Assembly (NCBI GenBank): GCA_009773315.1
Contig: WRPE01000009.1
Location: 1,337-65,336 of the forward strand
Length of the DNA: 64,000 nt
Origin: Syntrophaceae bacterium
GTDB taxonomy: Bacteria > Desulfobacterota > Syntrophia > Syntrophales > Smithellaceae
Direction of reading: 5' to 3'
Shown piece by piece: positions 34,961 through 45,432 of the stretch. The position numbers and the translations under genes were made by a program. A model generated the notes under the pieces. That model made no database searches. It saw only the letters and a program-made list of their open reading frames with translations, and was not told where the DNA came from. How positions within the stretch are numbered: the first letter of the stretch is position 1; the number at the start of each line of letters is the position of its first letter.

Positions 34961-37858
34961 TCAAACCACTTGCCACCGGATTGTGAAAACCGGTGTTACG
35001 GTTGTTTTCTGCTGCATGCGTTTTGTGAGTTGCAAAATGAGATTGTCGCGCTTGGCGGCTATCTCATCTTCTATATCAAATATTCTTTGCTGTTGCTGAC
35101 GACGTGTTTTTTCCAATTTTTGCAGTTGGTTTTGCAGCTCGGCCTGTTCTTGAATGTTGGTAGCCATACGCACTTGTCTGCGCATATTGGCGATTTCTCT
35201 TTTGGTGTTGTCCATTTCTTTGGCGGCGGCCAGCTCCATATCTTCGGCCCATTTATCCAACTGGATGCATGCTTCCTGGTAATATTTATTATTGTTTTCC
35301 AGATTGGAGGCTATGGTTGCTTCGGTATGGCGAAGGCAATCGGCATCCAGTCTTTTCTTATCTTTGTCATTCATACCGTTTAAAGATGAATCCACAACGC
35401 CTTTGCAGTTAAACAGTTTCTGGCAGGTCTCCTGGTCAATGCTCTTGCCCTGATCATCCACGGCGGAAAAAAGAAGGTATTCTTCGGTATCAAAAGAATC
35501 GATCCGCAGATACTGTAACGCAAGCCAGCCTTTGCGGCTTTTGAGTTTCTCCACCAGGGCGATGCGTGTGGGATGGCTGGTAATGTCAAAGGTGACCTGG
35601 GCTGCGTGACAGGCTAACTGCTTGCCTTCACTTAGCACATGTTCACCCAGGGGGTGACTTAAACGATACAGGTAGTTTCCCGGTATGTTTTCCTGTGTCT
35701 TGGAAATGAGATGGTAACGGCCAATCGGTATTTGTTCAACAGGGGTTTGATTTAAGTTAAACGTTAGGCCATTGTCATCAAAGTCTGCCTGCCGGTCCAG
35801 GATATGTTTGGTAACTGACCAGAATAATCGGCCGATACGGTCCAGCTTTTCCCGCGTTCCTGCAATATTGATTTTCAGGCGCTCATGAACATCCTCATCG
35901 AAATTCTCCATGAGAATTTTTCGCGTATCGCTCATCTTTGTTTGAATCTGTTCGTCAAGTTGGGCTTGCAACTTTTTAAACGCTGACCGGATTTCCGCCG
36001 CGGTGCGGCACTGCTGATATATTTCCAGAATGCGGCGCTCAAAGTCAACACCCGCATCAATGGCCCCCAGTACCTCGTCACTGACTCCGAAAACACCCGT
36101 AAAGAGGTTGAATTTCTGTTCCAGCAGTTCATAGACCCGTCGGTCTGCCTCGTTGCGTTCGTTTAAGAAGTTAATGACCACAACATCATGCTTCTGACCA
36201 TATCGATGACAGCGGCCAATGCGCTGCTCGATCCGCTGGGGATTCCAAGGGAGATCGAAGTTGACGATGGCTGAACAGAACTGCAAGTTGAGCCCCTCCG
36301 CACCCGCTTCCGTGGCGATAAAAATGCTGGCCTGATTTTTAAAACTGTCGATAAGGGCGGCCCGGATATCAATTGCTCTGGAGCCAGATGAAGCGCCGGT
36401 ATCCTTGTTCTCATCAAGCCATTCCTGATAAATCCGGCCTGATGTCTCATCAGTATTGGTGCCGTTGAAAATCAATACCTGATCTTTATAACCGTTCCCT
36501 TCCAGAAAATCTTTAAGCCAACTTTGGGTTCGGCGTGATTCTGTGAAGATAACCACTTTTTTTGCAGCGCCCATCTCCTGCATTCTGTCGAAACCAATTT
36601 TCAGCGCCTTTAAAAGCACTTTCGTTTTGGTATCTACACCGATATTTCTGGCCAGGGCAATGTAGTCCGTGAGTTCCTGAATTTCGGCTTCGAGTTTTTT
36701 AAAATCTATAGCAGTATGTGTTGGCTTTTCTGCTGGGGCCTCATTTTCCGTATCTTTATCAATCAATCCATCTTCTTCGTCTTCGAGAATCTCATCGAGC
36801 AAATCATCGTCAAGGTCATCACCAGATATGATTAATTCAGTTATGCTGGCGTTCTTTTTGGCTTCATCCCGGATTTTTAACAACCGGTTACGCATTATTT
36901 CCAGCGTTCCGGCAACGGCATGGGGTGACGAAGCCAGAACTTTCCGGACAAGGAGGATCAAGAGGTGTTTCTGTCCGGACGGCAGTGCATAGGTATCATC
37001 CCTTTTGAGATACTCCGACACGGCTTCGTAAAGTTTATACTCTTGCTCGGTCGGTTTGAATGGACGCGTAATCAGTTTGCGCTCTGTATAGCGGATAAAT
37101 TCCACCACTTGCCGGCGCAGTGTCCGGAAACAAAACGATGATAATCTATCGCGAAGACCTGACAGATCACCACCGTAGTTGATATATTGATTCCGGAAGG
37201 ATGCTATGTCGCCAAAAAGGTTTTCATCAATCAGTGTTGACAAACCATAGAGCTCGGCCAATGAGTTTTGCAGCGGGGTTGCCGTTAACAGGAGCTTTTT
37301 GCGGTCTTCGGTTGCCCATCGGATGCGCTGACCGATTTGATTGCTCTGGCGGTAGGCGTTACGTAATTTGTGCGCTTCATCGATGACAACAATATCCCAT
37401 GCGGTGGCTTTAATGATTTCCGCCTTACCCGCCGCATAATGCATGGAACAGATCATGATATTTTTATTTTCAAAGGGATTGGGCATACCCTGCTTTTGCT
37501 GTTCTTTAAATGTCTTGGCGTCCAGAATAAAGCAAGGCAGGTTAAATTTTTCGGATAATTCAACCGCCCACTGCTTCCGCAAAGATGCGGGTGATATAAC
37601 GAGAATCTTCCTGCGTCTCTCCGCCCAATACTGGCATAGGACAAGACCCGCTTCTATCGTTTTCCCCAAGCCCACTTCATCAGCCAGAATGACCCCTTTG
37701 GACAATGGTGAGCGTAATGCAAAAAGAGCGGCTTCTATCTGATGGGGGTTCATATCGACGCAAGCGTCAAATAAGGCCCTTCCCAGCCGTTCCAAACCGC
37801 TGCCGCCAACTCTACTTATTTCATGGGCAAAATATTTCGCGTGGTAGTCAGTGATCAT
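34961..37858 (-). CDS. SNF2-family helicase/ATPase (RapA/HepA-like) with C-terminal coiled coil
   Basis: LADEVGLGKT, DEAH, LTATPLQN, EGLNLQ and DLPWNPQRIEQRIGRCHRYGQ motifs. Confidence 0.93.
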   Translation of the reverse strand: MITDYHAKYFAHEISRVGGSGLERLGRALFDACVDMNPHQIEAALFALRSPLSKGVILADEVGLGKTIEAGLVLCQYWAERRRKILVISPASLRKQWAVELSEKFNLPCFILDAKTFKEQQKQGMPNPFENKNIMICSMHYAAGKAEIIKATAWDIVVIDEAHKLRNAYRQSNQIGQRIRWATEDRKKLLLTATPLQNSLAELYGLSTLIDENLFGDIASFRNQYINYGGDLSGLRDRLSSFCFRTLRRQVVEFIRYTERKLITRPFKPTEQEYKLYEAVSEYLKRDDTYALPSGQKHLLILLVRKVLASSPHAVAGTLEIMRNRLLKIRDEAKKNASITELIISGDDLDDDLLDEILEDEEDGLIDKDTENEAPAEKPTHTAIDFKKLEAEIQELTDYIALARNIGVDTKTKVLLKALKIGFDRMQEMGAAKKVVIFTESRRTQSWLKDFLEGNGYKDQVLIFNGTNTDETSGRIYQEWLDENKDTGASSGSRAIDIRAALIDSFKNQASIFIATEAGAEGLNLQFCSAIVNFDLPWNPQRIEQRIGRCHRYGQKHDVVVINFLNERNEADRRVYELLEQKFNLFTGVFGVSDEVLGAIDAGVDFERRILEIYQQCRTAAEIRSAFKKLQAQLDEQIQTKMSDTRKILMENFDEDVHERLKINIAGTREKLDRIGRLFWSVTKHILDRQADFDDNGLTFNLNQTPVEQIPIGRYHLISKTQENIPGNYLYRLSHPLGEHVLSEGKQLACHAAQVTFDITSHPTRIALVEKLKSRKGWLALQYLRIDSFDTEEYLLFSAVDDQGKSIDQETCQKLFNCKGVVDSSLNGMNDKDKKRLDADCLRHTEATIASNLENNNKYYQEACIQLDKWAEDMELAAAKEMDNTKREIANMRRQVRMATNIQEQAELQNQLQKLEKTRRQQQQRIFDIEDEIAAKRDNLILQLTKRMQQKTTVTPVFTIRWQVV

Positions 37859-38582
37859 TGATAGATTCCAGTTAAGTTCTGCAATTTAGTCGTCTGCTTC
37901 AGATTTAGCAGTTCCTAGTAGATGGTTGAAACGGGTTACCATATAATGATATAAATATTGCGATAAACTATCGAATCTTAAACCGGATGTCAAACCATCT
38001 TTATATTTTTTACTACAATACCCCTACAGCGTGTTTGATCTGCATCTTTTCTAATTTTCACACATAGGAAAATGGTTAATAATCCGTCCACCTGGGGGAC
38101 ACATCATATTTTTAAGAAAATATGCATTATCTTAATATAATTTTTCCCGTGTTTATTTGCTGCGTTCCAATCAAATGAGGTAGGTCTGCCTTTAACTGTT
38201 GTAATATTCAGCTGCAGTCCCCATTGCTCTTCTGCTTCAGTGTTCGGCCTTTTCCAGATCTTTTTCCGTATTTCGCACGAAAGAGACTGTGAGGTAATCA
38301 AGCTTTTGGGCAAGGTCAGCTCCATGCCTAAGAAAATCTGCAGCCGGATGTCCAGGTATTACAGTTCGCAACTTAGCACGTGCACACCTGCCGAAAACGA
38401 GTTGTCTATGAAGTGGAAATAGTATTACGGTACGGAGTGTGTCTTGACCGCTTGAAACCGTCCCTACTACGATTTTTCTAGTCGAGCAAAACGCCTTCAT
38501 TGACAAATATGTCCATTTTGTCTATACTTTTCACCAGCAATAAATCATGACTTTCAAAAAACATTTAATTGGAGAAAATAAA

Positions 38583-38936
38583 ATGAAAAATTTCATTGTT
38601 TGCCTGTTGTCCGTATTATTCCTTCTCGTCTTTGGCATAACCGCCCAGGCTGCCGATGAGGTCAAGAAAACACCGGGGAAAAGCGTCGGCGCTTCGGTTG
38701 CTGATGAAGCCAAAGATTTGAAGACCGGAGCGGTTAACATTTACCAGGAAAGCAAAGATGCGATTGTCCGCGATGCCAAGGCGATGAAAGAAGATATCCC
38801 AAAAGGTTTGAAAGAAGCGAAAGACTCGGCAGTTCAACAGTCCAAGGAAATCAAAGAAGGCGCCACCAAGGAATTTAAAGAAATCCGCGACAACATGGCC
38901 AATCCTTCCCTGAAGCCGAAAACAGAAACCAAATAA
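38583..38936 (+). CDS. Small secreted helical protein
   Basis: GGAG RBS; signal peptide MKNFIVCLLSVLFLLVFGITAQA; Lys/Glu/Ala-rich. Confidence 0.75.
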   Translation: MKNFIVCLLSVLFLLVFGITAQAADEVKKTPGKSVGASVADEAKDLKTGAVNIYQESKDAIVRDAKAMKEDIPKGLKEAKDSAVQQSKEIKEGATKEFKEIRDNMANPSLKPKTETK

Positions 38937-39070
38937 TTATATGAAAATGTTTCATTCACGGGAGGTTCTTTGTTGAACAAGTTCGTTTACGGCTCATTGC
39001 CTTATTTCCGGATACCCCCGGTATTCACGGGCCTTTGGGCCGGTACAAGACCCGACGCATACCGGGCCGA

Positions 39071-40220
39071 TATGAAAATATTGAAATATTTTACCGCCGG
39101 ACTAATAACCTTCATCGTCTGCATCTTCTGTTTATCAGCAGGTCATGCCCAGAGTAAAATGTCACAATCCGCCGGACAGGCAATTATTGAAGCCATCCGG
39201 ATTACCGAGCCTCTCAACTTCTGCGGTGAATCTGTCCCACTTGCCGACCCCGACGTGAGAGAAAGACTGGAAAGAGAACTGCTGGTATCGCTGGATAACA
39301 ACGATGAGATTATCCTCTGGCTGAAACGCGCCAATCGCTATTTTCCCGATATTGAAAAGACTCTGAAAACCAAATCCATGCCGGATGATCTCAAGTATAT
39401 CACTATCGCGGAAAGTTCCTTGCGACCTCTTGCTTTCTCCAATAAAGGGGCCGTAGGATACTGGCAGTTTATTGAAGGTACGGGAACAAGATACGGCCTC
39501 GATGTCAGCAGTGACATTGATGAAAGGAGAAACGTTTACAAAGCAACGCAAGCAGCAATTAAATATCTCAGGGATCTTTATGCGCTCTTCGGCTCCTGGA
39601 CGCTCGCTGCAGCCGCTTATAACATGGGTGAAGACGGTCTGAAATCTGAAATCCTGGTGCAGAAAGTTAATAACTATTACAAGCTTTACTTAAATCAGGA
39701 AACACAGAGATATATTTTCCGAATCTTGGCGGCAAAAATCATCATATCTAATCCGACAAAATTCGGTTATGTATTATCCAAAGATGATCTTTATTCACCC
39801 AGACAGTTTGACACGGTGGAAATACAGAGCAGTCAACCCGTCTCCCTTCATGTCATCGCGCAAGCAGCTGATACGTATTTCAAAATCATTAAAGACCTCA
39901 ACCCACAGATCAAGTTCTATCATCTGCCTGCCGGAACCCATCAGATAAGCATTCCCAAAGGGTCGGCGACCGCTTTTTACGAACGTTACGATAAACTCAT
40001 GGCAGAATGGCTTGCCTTGAAAAATAATTCCGTTTATACCGTCAAAAAAGGGGACACCCTCACAGGCATTGCCGCTCGCTATAATGTGCCCTTTAAAGCT
40101 CTGACGATTTGGAACTCGATCAGCAACAGAAAAATTGCGCCCGGTGATAAGCTTTATGTTTTCTCTGATAGTCTAAAGTCAGGCAGTAAGTCAGACAACT
40201 CTGTTGATCCATCGCCGTAA
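39071..40220 (+). CDS. Lytic transglycosylase with LysM domain (MltD-like)
   Basis: IAES, GAVGYWQF, AAAAYNMG, ETQRY motifs and C-terminal LysM; start approximate (MKILKYF). Confidence 0.88.
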
Positions 40221-40282
40221 AGCAGCAAAACCCTTCTGGATACCTTTCAAACAGGGGAGTTTCGTTTCATCTTCATCGGGAT

Positions 40283-41125
40283 TTACCCGCCGATCCTGTT
40301 TTTTGTGTTTTTTTCGCCGATCCTGCCAAAACCGTAATCCAGCAGTTTTCGCGCCTGCTGAGAGCGGATTCTCGGATTTTTCGCACCCAGAACAACCGCC
40401 ATTAGTCTTGTGCCGCCGCGGATAGCCGTTGCGACCAAATGAAAACCGGCAGCGCCCACATAGCCTGTTTTAAGTCCGTTCGCTCCCGGATACTTGTCAA
40501 GGAGATCATTGCGGTTGGTCAGAATCTGATTATTAAAAGTAAAACGTTCGATTGAATGAATTTTTTGCGAATTTGGAAAGCGCCGCAGATATTCACGTGA
40601 CAGCATGTAAATATCGCGGGCTGTTGTTTTTTGTTTTCTGTTCGGCAAACCGTGGGGATTGACAAAATGGGTGTGTTTCATTCCCAGTGCTTTTGCCTTG
40701 GCATTCATCCTCATAACAAATTGCTCCACGTTGCCCCCGAAATGTTCGGCCAGGGCGACGGAGGCGTCGTTGGCAGAATGAATGGCCATGCCTTTGACCA
40801 GATCAAGTACTTCGTATTGGACACCCGGTTCAAAAAGCATTTTAGAACCACCCGTCTGAACGGCATTGGCACTGATCGTGACGATATCGGAATAACCGGC
40901 TTTCTTCTCGGCAATATCTTCGGAGATTAAATACAGCGACATGATCTTGGACAATGAGGCGGGCTGAATCACCTTATCGGCGTTTTGCTGGTAAAGCACC
41001 TTACCGGTATTCATTTCCACAAGCATCGCCGCTTTTACAGCGAGCGGTTGAAAAGATCTTTCAGCCGCAAAAATCTCAACCGGCAAAAAAAACAAGCACA
41101 GAATAAATACCGCTATCTTCTTCAA
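40283..41125 (-). CDS. D-alanyl-D-alanine carboxypeptidase (PBP5/6 family)
   Basis: PASLSK (SxxK), SAN (SxN) and KTG motifs. Confidence 0.92.
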   Translation of the reverse strand: MKKIAVFILCLFFLPVEIFAAERSFQPLAVKAAMLVEMNTGKVLYQQNADKVIQPASLSKIMSLYLISEDIAEKKAGYSDIVTISANAVQTGGSKMLFEPGVQYEVLDLVKGMAIHSANDASVALAEHFGGNVEQFVMRMNAKAKALGMKHTHFVNPHGLPNRKQKTTARDIYMLSREYLRRFPNSQKIHSIERFTFNNQILTNRNDLLDKYPGANGLKTGYVGAAGFHLVATAIRGGTRLMAVVLGAKNPRIRSQQARKLLDYGFGRIGEKNTKNRIGG

Positions 41126-41339
41126 ACTGATCCTTGTCCTTCCGTATTGAATTTCTCATAAAAGATAACAACTTCCGAACTGAAAAGCAATCATTAAGTG
41201 GGAACATCGAGTGCCCGGCATATTGGCCGAATTGTCCCAAACCATTAACCAAATCATCCGAATACTTTTTATTGAATCCCGGCAATTGTTCGATTTTTTT
41301 CAGGTATAATTCTTGACAAATATCAATTTCTACTTTAAT

Positions 41340-41358
41340 TACTACCATATGAATAGTA
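41340..41358 (+). promoter_or_regulatory. Candidate Rrf2 autoregulatory operator near a TTGACA -35 element (41313)
   Basis: TACTA-N9-TAGTA inverted repeat just upstream of the RBS. Confidence 0.35.
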
Positions 41359-41374
41359 TTTACTAAGGATAATT

Positions 41375-41833
41375 ATGAAACTCTCCACCCGTTCAAGATA
41401 TGGCGTCAGGATGATGATCGCTTTGGCCGACGCCGGCGGTGATAATTCTGTCTTTCTTAAGGACATCGCTGCCAGTGAAGACATATCAGAAAAATACTTG
41501 AGTTTAATTGTCATCCCCTTAAGAGCTGCCGGACTTCTTCGATCTATACGGGGTGCTCGCGGTGGTTATGCCCTTGCCAGAGAGCCGAAGGATATTTCTT
41601 TACGCGATATTGTCGAGGCGATGGACGGAGAAACTTGTCTGGTAAACTGCGTGAAAAATCCTCATATCTGCAAGAGAGTATCGATCTGTCCGACAAGAGA
41701 TACCTGGACCGAGCTCGGCAATACGATTAAGGAGGCGATGTCCAGTGTGACGCTCGCGAGCCTTGTCGCCGGCCAGCAAGGCAAAAAAAGCGCCACCCGA
41801 CCAAAAGCAAGACAAATCAAAAAGGAACAATAA
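41375..41833 (+). CDS. Rrf2-family transcriptional regulator (Cys-containing, IscR-like)
   Basis: MKLSTRSRYG, RGARGGY and C-x6-C-x5-C. Confidence 0.92.
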   Translation: MKLSTRSRYGVRMMIALADAGGDNSVFLKDIAASEDISEKYLSLIVIPLRAAGLLRSIRGARGGYALAREPKDISLRDIVEAMDGETCLVNCVKNPHICKRVSICPTRDTWTELGNTIKEAMSSVTLASLVAGQQGKKSATRPKARQIKKEQ

Positions 41834-41842
41834 GAGTTCTTC

Positions 41843-42748
41843 ATGGAAATAACAAAAAGAATAGAACAGTTGAAAAAAAATAATAATGCCGTGATTCTGG
41901 CTCATAACTATCAACTGCCCGAGGTCCAGGACGTGGCCGACTTTGTCGGCGATTCACTGGGACTGAGCATGATTGCGGCGAAAACCGACGCGGATGTGAT
42001 TGTATTTTGCGGCGTTCACTTCATGGCGGAAACGGCGAAAATTCTATCGCCGGATAAAATAGTATTGCTCCCCGACCGGAAAGCCGGCTGCCCGATGGCG
42101 GATATGATTGACGCGGAGGGACTCAGCGCCTTGAAGGTTCAACATCCTCAAGCGGTGACGCTTTGCTACGTCAATACGTCCGCTGAGGTGAAAGCGCATT
42201 GCGACTACTGCTGCACGTCGGGCAACGCGCTGAACATGGTGAAGCATATTCTAAAAAGTCACGACGAGATTATTTTCGTTCCTGATAAATATCTGGCTCA
42301 ATACGTTTCCGTGCAGATCGGACGTCCGCTCATTACCTGGGAAGGTTTCTGCCCAACGCATGCCCGAATTCTTCCGGAAGATATTATGCGTGCCCGCAAA
42401 CTTCATCCGCAAGCCAAAGTATTAGTGCATCCTGAATGTACGCCGGAATTGACCAGGCTGGCTGACATGGTCGCTTCCACAGAGAAGATGTGTGGATATG
42501 TTCACGAAAGCAGCGCGATGGAATTTATCATCGCCACGGAAATCGGCATCATTTACCGGATGCAGAAAGAGAATCCGTCGAAACATTTTTATCCGGCATC
42601 CCCCAAAGCGGTTTGCCCGAATATGAAACGGATCAACTTGGAAAAGATCCTCTGGTCGCTCACGGATATGGATTATCAAATTACCGTCCCGGAAGAGACG
42701 ATGAATCAGGCCAGGGGCGCGATTGAAAGAATGCTGAAAATTATTTGA
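41843..42748 (+). CDS. nadA: Quinolinate synthase
   Basis: LAHNYQ, FCGVHFMAE, AGCPMA, HPEC and CPNMK motifs. Confidence 0.96.
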   Translation: MEITKRIEQLKKNNNAVILAHNYQLPEVQDVADFVGDSLGLSMIAAKTDADVIVFCGVHFMAETAKILSPDKIVLLPDRKAGCPMADMIDAEGLSALKVQHPQAVTLCYVNTSAEVKAHCDYCCTSGNALNMVKHILKSHDEIIFVPDKYLAQYVSVQIGRPLITWEGFCPTHARILPEDIMRARKLHPQAKVLVHPECTPELTRLADMVASTEKMCGYVHESSAMEFIIATEIGIIYRMQKENPSKHFYPASPKAVCPNMKRINLEKILWSLTDMDYQITVPEETMNQARGAIERMLKII

Positions 42749-42758
42749 GATTAATTTT

Positions 42759-43877
42759 ATGAAAAAAAATTCACTTGATATTGTCCATACCCAATACTTT
42801 ACCTTTGCCGAGCCACCCGATACGTTGCAACTCAAATCAGGCCGCCGTATCGGCCCCGTCACCCTGGCTTATGAAACTTACGGCAAGCTCAATCCGGCTA
42901 AATCGAACGCTATTTTAGTTTGCCACGCGCTCTCGGGAGACGCTCATGCCGCCGGAATACACAAGGACGACAAGACCCCCGGCTGGTGGGATGACATGAT
43001 CGGACCGGGTAAGGCGCTGGACACTCGTCTTTATTTTGTGATTTGCTCCAACGTAATCGGCGGATGCAAAGGCAGCACGGGACCTTCGTCGATCAACCCT
43101 GAAACGGGCAAACCTTACGCGCTGGATTTTCCGTTGATTACCATCGCGGATATGGTGGAAGCCGAGCGCCACTTAATCGACCATCTCGGCATTGAAAAAC
43201 TTCTTTGCGTCATCGGCGGCTCGATGGGCGGCATGCAGGCGCTGCAATGGACTTCGGCCTACCCCGGACGGCTACTATCCGCAATTCCGATTGCCACGGC
43301 ATTGAAGCATTCGCCGCAACAAATTGCCTTCAACGAAGTCATCCGGCAATCCATCATGGCTGATCCGGCTTGGCACAAGGGTTACTACTACGAACACGGT
43401 CAGCCGGAAAACGGCCTGGCGGTGGCGCGCATGATCGGTCACATCACCTTTATGAGCGATCAGTCCATGGAAGAAAAATTTTCACGTAAACTTAAAAATG
43501 ACAACCTCAGCTTTCAGTTTGTGGATGACTTTGAAGTGGAAGGCTATTTGCGCTATCGCGGGTATAATTTTGTCAAGCGTTTTGACGCGAATTCTTACCT
43601 CTACATTACCAAGGCCATGGACTACCTTGATCTCTCCGGTGAAAATTTCATCCCGGACATCAAAAAAACAACCATCCGATTTCTGGTGATTTCATTTAAG
43701 TCAGATTGGCTCTACCCTTCCCATCAGTCCCAGGAAATTGTCCGTCTTTTAAAAAGAAAGCACGCCTACACGACCTATTTCGATCTGATCTCGACTTATG
43801 GCCATGACGCTTTTTTAATCGAGATTGACGACGAAACAAGACTGATTAAAAATTTCCTGGCCAACATTGAACACTAA
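42759..43877 (+). CDS. metX: Homoserine O-acyltransferase
   Basis: CHALSGD, GGSMGG, RFDANSY and GHDAFL motifs. Confidence 0.95.
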   Translation: MKKNSLDIVHTQYFTFAEPPDTLQLKSGRRIGPVTLAYETYGKLNPAKSNAILVCHALSGDAHAAGIHKDDKTPGWWDDMIGPGKALDTRLYFVICSNVIGGCKGSTGPSSINPETGKPYALDFPLITIADMVEAERHLIDHLGIEKLLCVIGGSMGGMQALQWTSAYPGRLLSAIPIATALKHSPQQIAFNEVIRQSIMADPAWHKGYYYEHGQPENGLAVARMIGHITFMSDQSMEEKFSRKLKNDNLSFQFVDDFEVEGYLRYRGYNFVKRFDANSYLYITKAMDYLDLSGENFIPDIKKTTIRFLVISFKSDWLYPSHQSQEIVRLLKRKHAYTTYFDLISTYGHDAFLIEIDDETRLIKNFLANIEH

Positions 43878-43895
43878 AAGGAAAATAATATAAGC

Positions 43896-44477
43896 ATGAA
43901 ACCTGATCATCAAATTATTACGGATATCGTTCATAAGGGCGCGCATGTTTTAGACCTGGGTTGCGGCAATGGCGAACTGCTTTCCCTTTTGCGGCAACAT
44001 AAAAACGCCCTGGTACAGGGCATCGAGTTGGATGAGAATCAGATGCACACCTGCGTTGAAAACGGACTCACCGTCCTGCAAGGCGACATTGAGACCGGCC
44101 TGGAGGATTACCCCGACCAGTCTTTTGACTATGTGATTCTCAATCAGATCATGCAGGAAATTAAAAAAGCGGATTTTGTCATTCAGGAGGCGCTGCGCAT
44201 CGGACACAAGATCATTGTCGGCTTCCCTAATTTCGCCCATCTTTCGGCGCGCACAACCCTTTTCCTGCAGGGCAGGACACCGATCAATGAAGCTCTGCCC
44301 TATTACTGGTTTGAGACGCCCAACATCCGTTTCCTAACGATTTGGGACTTTGTTGATTACTGTGAAAAAAAGAACATTACAATTGAACAAAAATATTTTC
44401 TGGGAAAGTCAGGGCTCATTCATTTCCTGCCCAACTTGTTTGCGCAAAATGCTCTCTTTGTCCTTGCCCGACCCTGA
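43896..44477 (+). CDS. metW: Methionine biosynthesis protein MetW
   Basis: VLDLGCGNG, FPNFAH and WFETPNI motifs; adjacent to metX. Confidence 0.92.
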   Translation: MKPDHQIITDIVHKGAHVLDLGCGNGELLSLLRQHKNALVQGIELDENQMHTCVENGLTVLQGDIETGLEDYPDQSFDYVILNQIMQEIKKADFVIQEALRIGHKIIVGFPNFAHLSARTTLFLQGRTPINEALPYYWFETPNIRFLTIWDFVDYCEKKNITIEQKYFLGKSGLIHFLPNLFAQNALFVLARP

Positions 44478-44498
44478 TTAGAGGGAAATGTAAAACAT

Positions 44499-44876
44499 AT
44501 GGATAAGAACATTTTAACCTCGTCTAAGCTGCCCGTTTTGGGACCATACTCCACCGCCATAGAGGCAGGAGGCCTTATTTTCATATCGGGGCAATTGCCG
44601 CTCAATCCGGCAACCGGCGAAATCATCATGGATATTCAGCCGGCCGCTCGTCAGGTTTTAAAAAATATTCAAACCCTTCTTGAAGAAAACCGCTTGTCCC
44701 TGAAAAATATTATCAAGACAACCATCTTTTTAAAAAACATGGGCGACTTCGCCGCCGTCAATGAGATTTATGCCGGTTTTTTCCCCAGTGAGCCGCCCGC
44801 ACGCTCGACTGTGGAAGTTGCCGCTCTACCCAAAGGTGCGCCGCTGGAAATTGAAGCCGTCGCGGTCAGGAATTAA
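44499..44876 (+). CDS. ridA: RidA-family enamine/imine deaminase
   Basis: GPYS, ISGQLP and PARSTVEVAALPKG motifs. Confidence 0.9.
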   Translation: MDKNILTSSKLPVLGPYSTAIEAGGLIFISGQLPLNPATGEIIMDIQPAARQVLKNIQTLLEENRLSLKNIIKTTIFLKNMGDFAAVNEIYAGFFPSEPPARSTVEVAALPKGAPLEIEAVAVRN

Positions 44877-44878
44877 TT

Positions 44879-45310
44879 ATGGCTAAAATACTGTCCGTCA
44901 ATATCAGCGAGAAAAAAGGTGAGAAAAAGCATAACATCACTGCCTGCCGCGCCCTGGCCGAACAGGGATTGGAGCATGACGCTCATATCGGTATGGCCAT
45001 TCGCCAGATCAGCTTACTGGCGTCGGAAAGTATCGAAAAAATCCGTCAGAAGGGGTTAAACGTCAATAACGGTGACTTTGCCGAAAACCTGACAACACAA
45101 GGCATCGAACTTTACACATTGCCTTTGGGTACAAAAATTAAAGTCGGTTATGATGTGCTTCTGGAAGTCACGCAAATCGGAAAGACGTGCTTGGCGCCCT
45201 GCGCGATCTATCATGCCGTCGGCGATTGCGTCATGCCCAAAGAAGGCATTTTCGTCCGCGTTTTATCGGAGGGCATGATTGCCGTCGGTGATGAAATAGC
45301 CGTGGTTTAA
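44879..45310 (+). CDS. MOSC-domain protein
   Basis: DAH, RQISLL, GDFAENL, TQIGKTC and CVMPKEGIF motifs. Confidence 0.9.
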   Translation: MAKILSVNISEKKGEKKHNITACRALAEQGLEHDAHIGMAIRQISLLASESIEKIRQKGLNVNNGDFAENLTTQGIELYTLPLGTKIKVGYDVLLEVTQIGKTCLAPCAIYHAVGDCVMPKEGIFVRVLSEGMIAVGDEIAVV

Positions 45311-45342
45311 TAATGAACAACGGAAGAGTGGAACGACCAGAT

Positions 45343-45374
45343 AGAAGAACCCCACCCGAAGGCGGGGTTCTTCT
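45343..45374. terminator. Terminator hairpin between convergent operons
   Basis: AGAAGAACCCC...GGGGTTCTTCT. Confidence 0.75.
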
Positions 45375-45432
45375 TCCGTGCTTCTTTTAAAAATTGGGAT
45401 CGCGCGTGTTTAGAGCGATCTCCATCTGTTGG

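Noticed and set aside
25739-37858. DISARM or BREX assignment
   Set aside because: No DrmA/DrmB (DUF1998)/DrmC, PglZ or BrxC; the Mod and Res motifs fit type III-like R-M.
37847-37860. CAATGAT CACTGAC at the SNF2 start as a family-B array
   Set aside because: Only two units and no complementary arm; it could simply be the MITD codons.
25677-38540. Integrative element or prophage boundaries
   Set aside because: No integrase, transposase, tRNA or evident flanking direct repeats.
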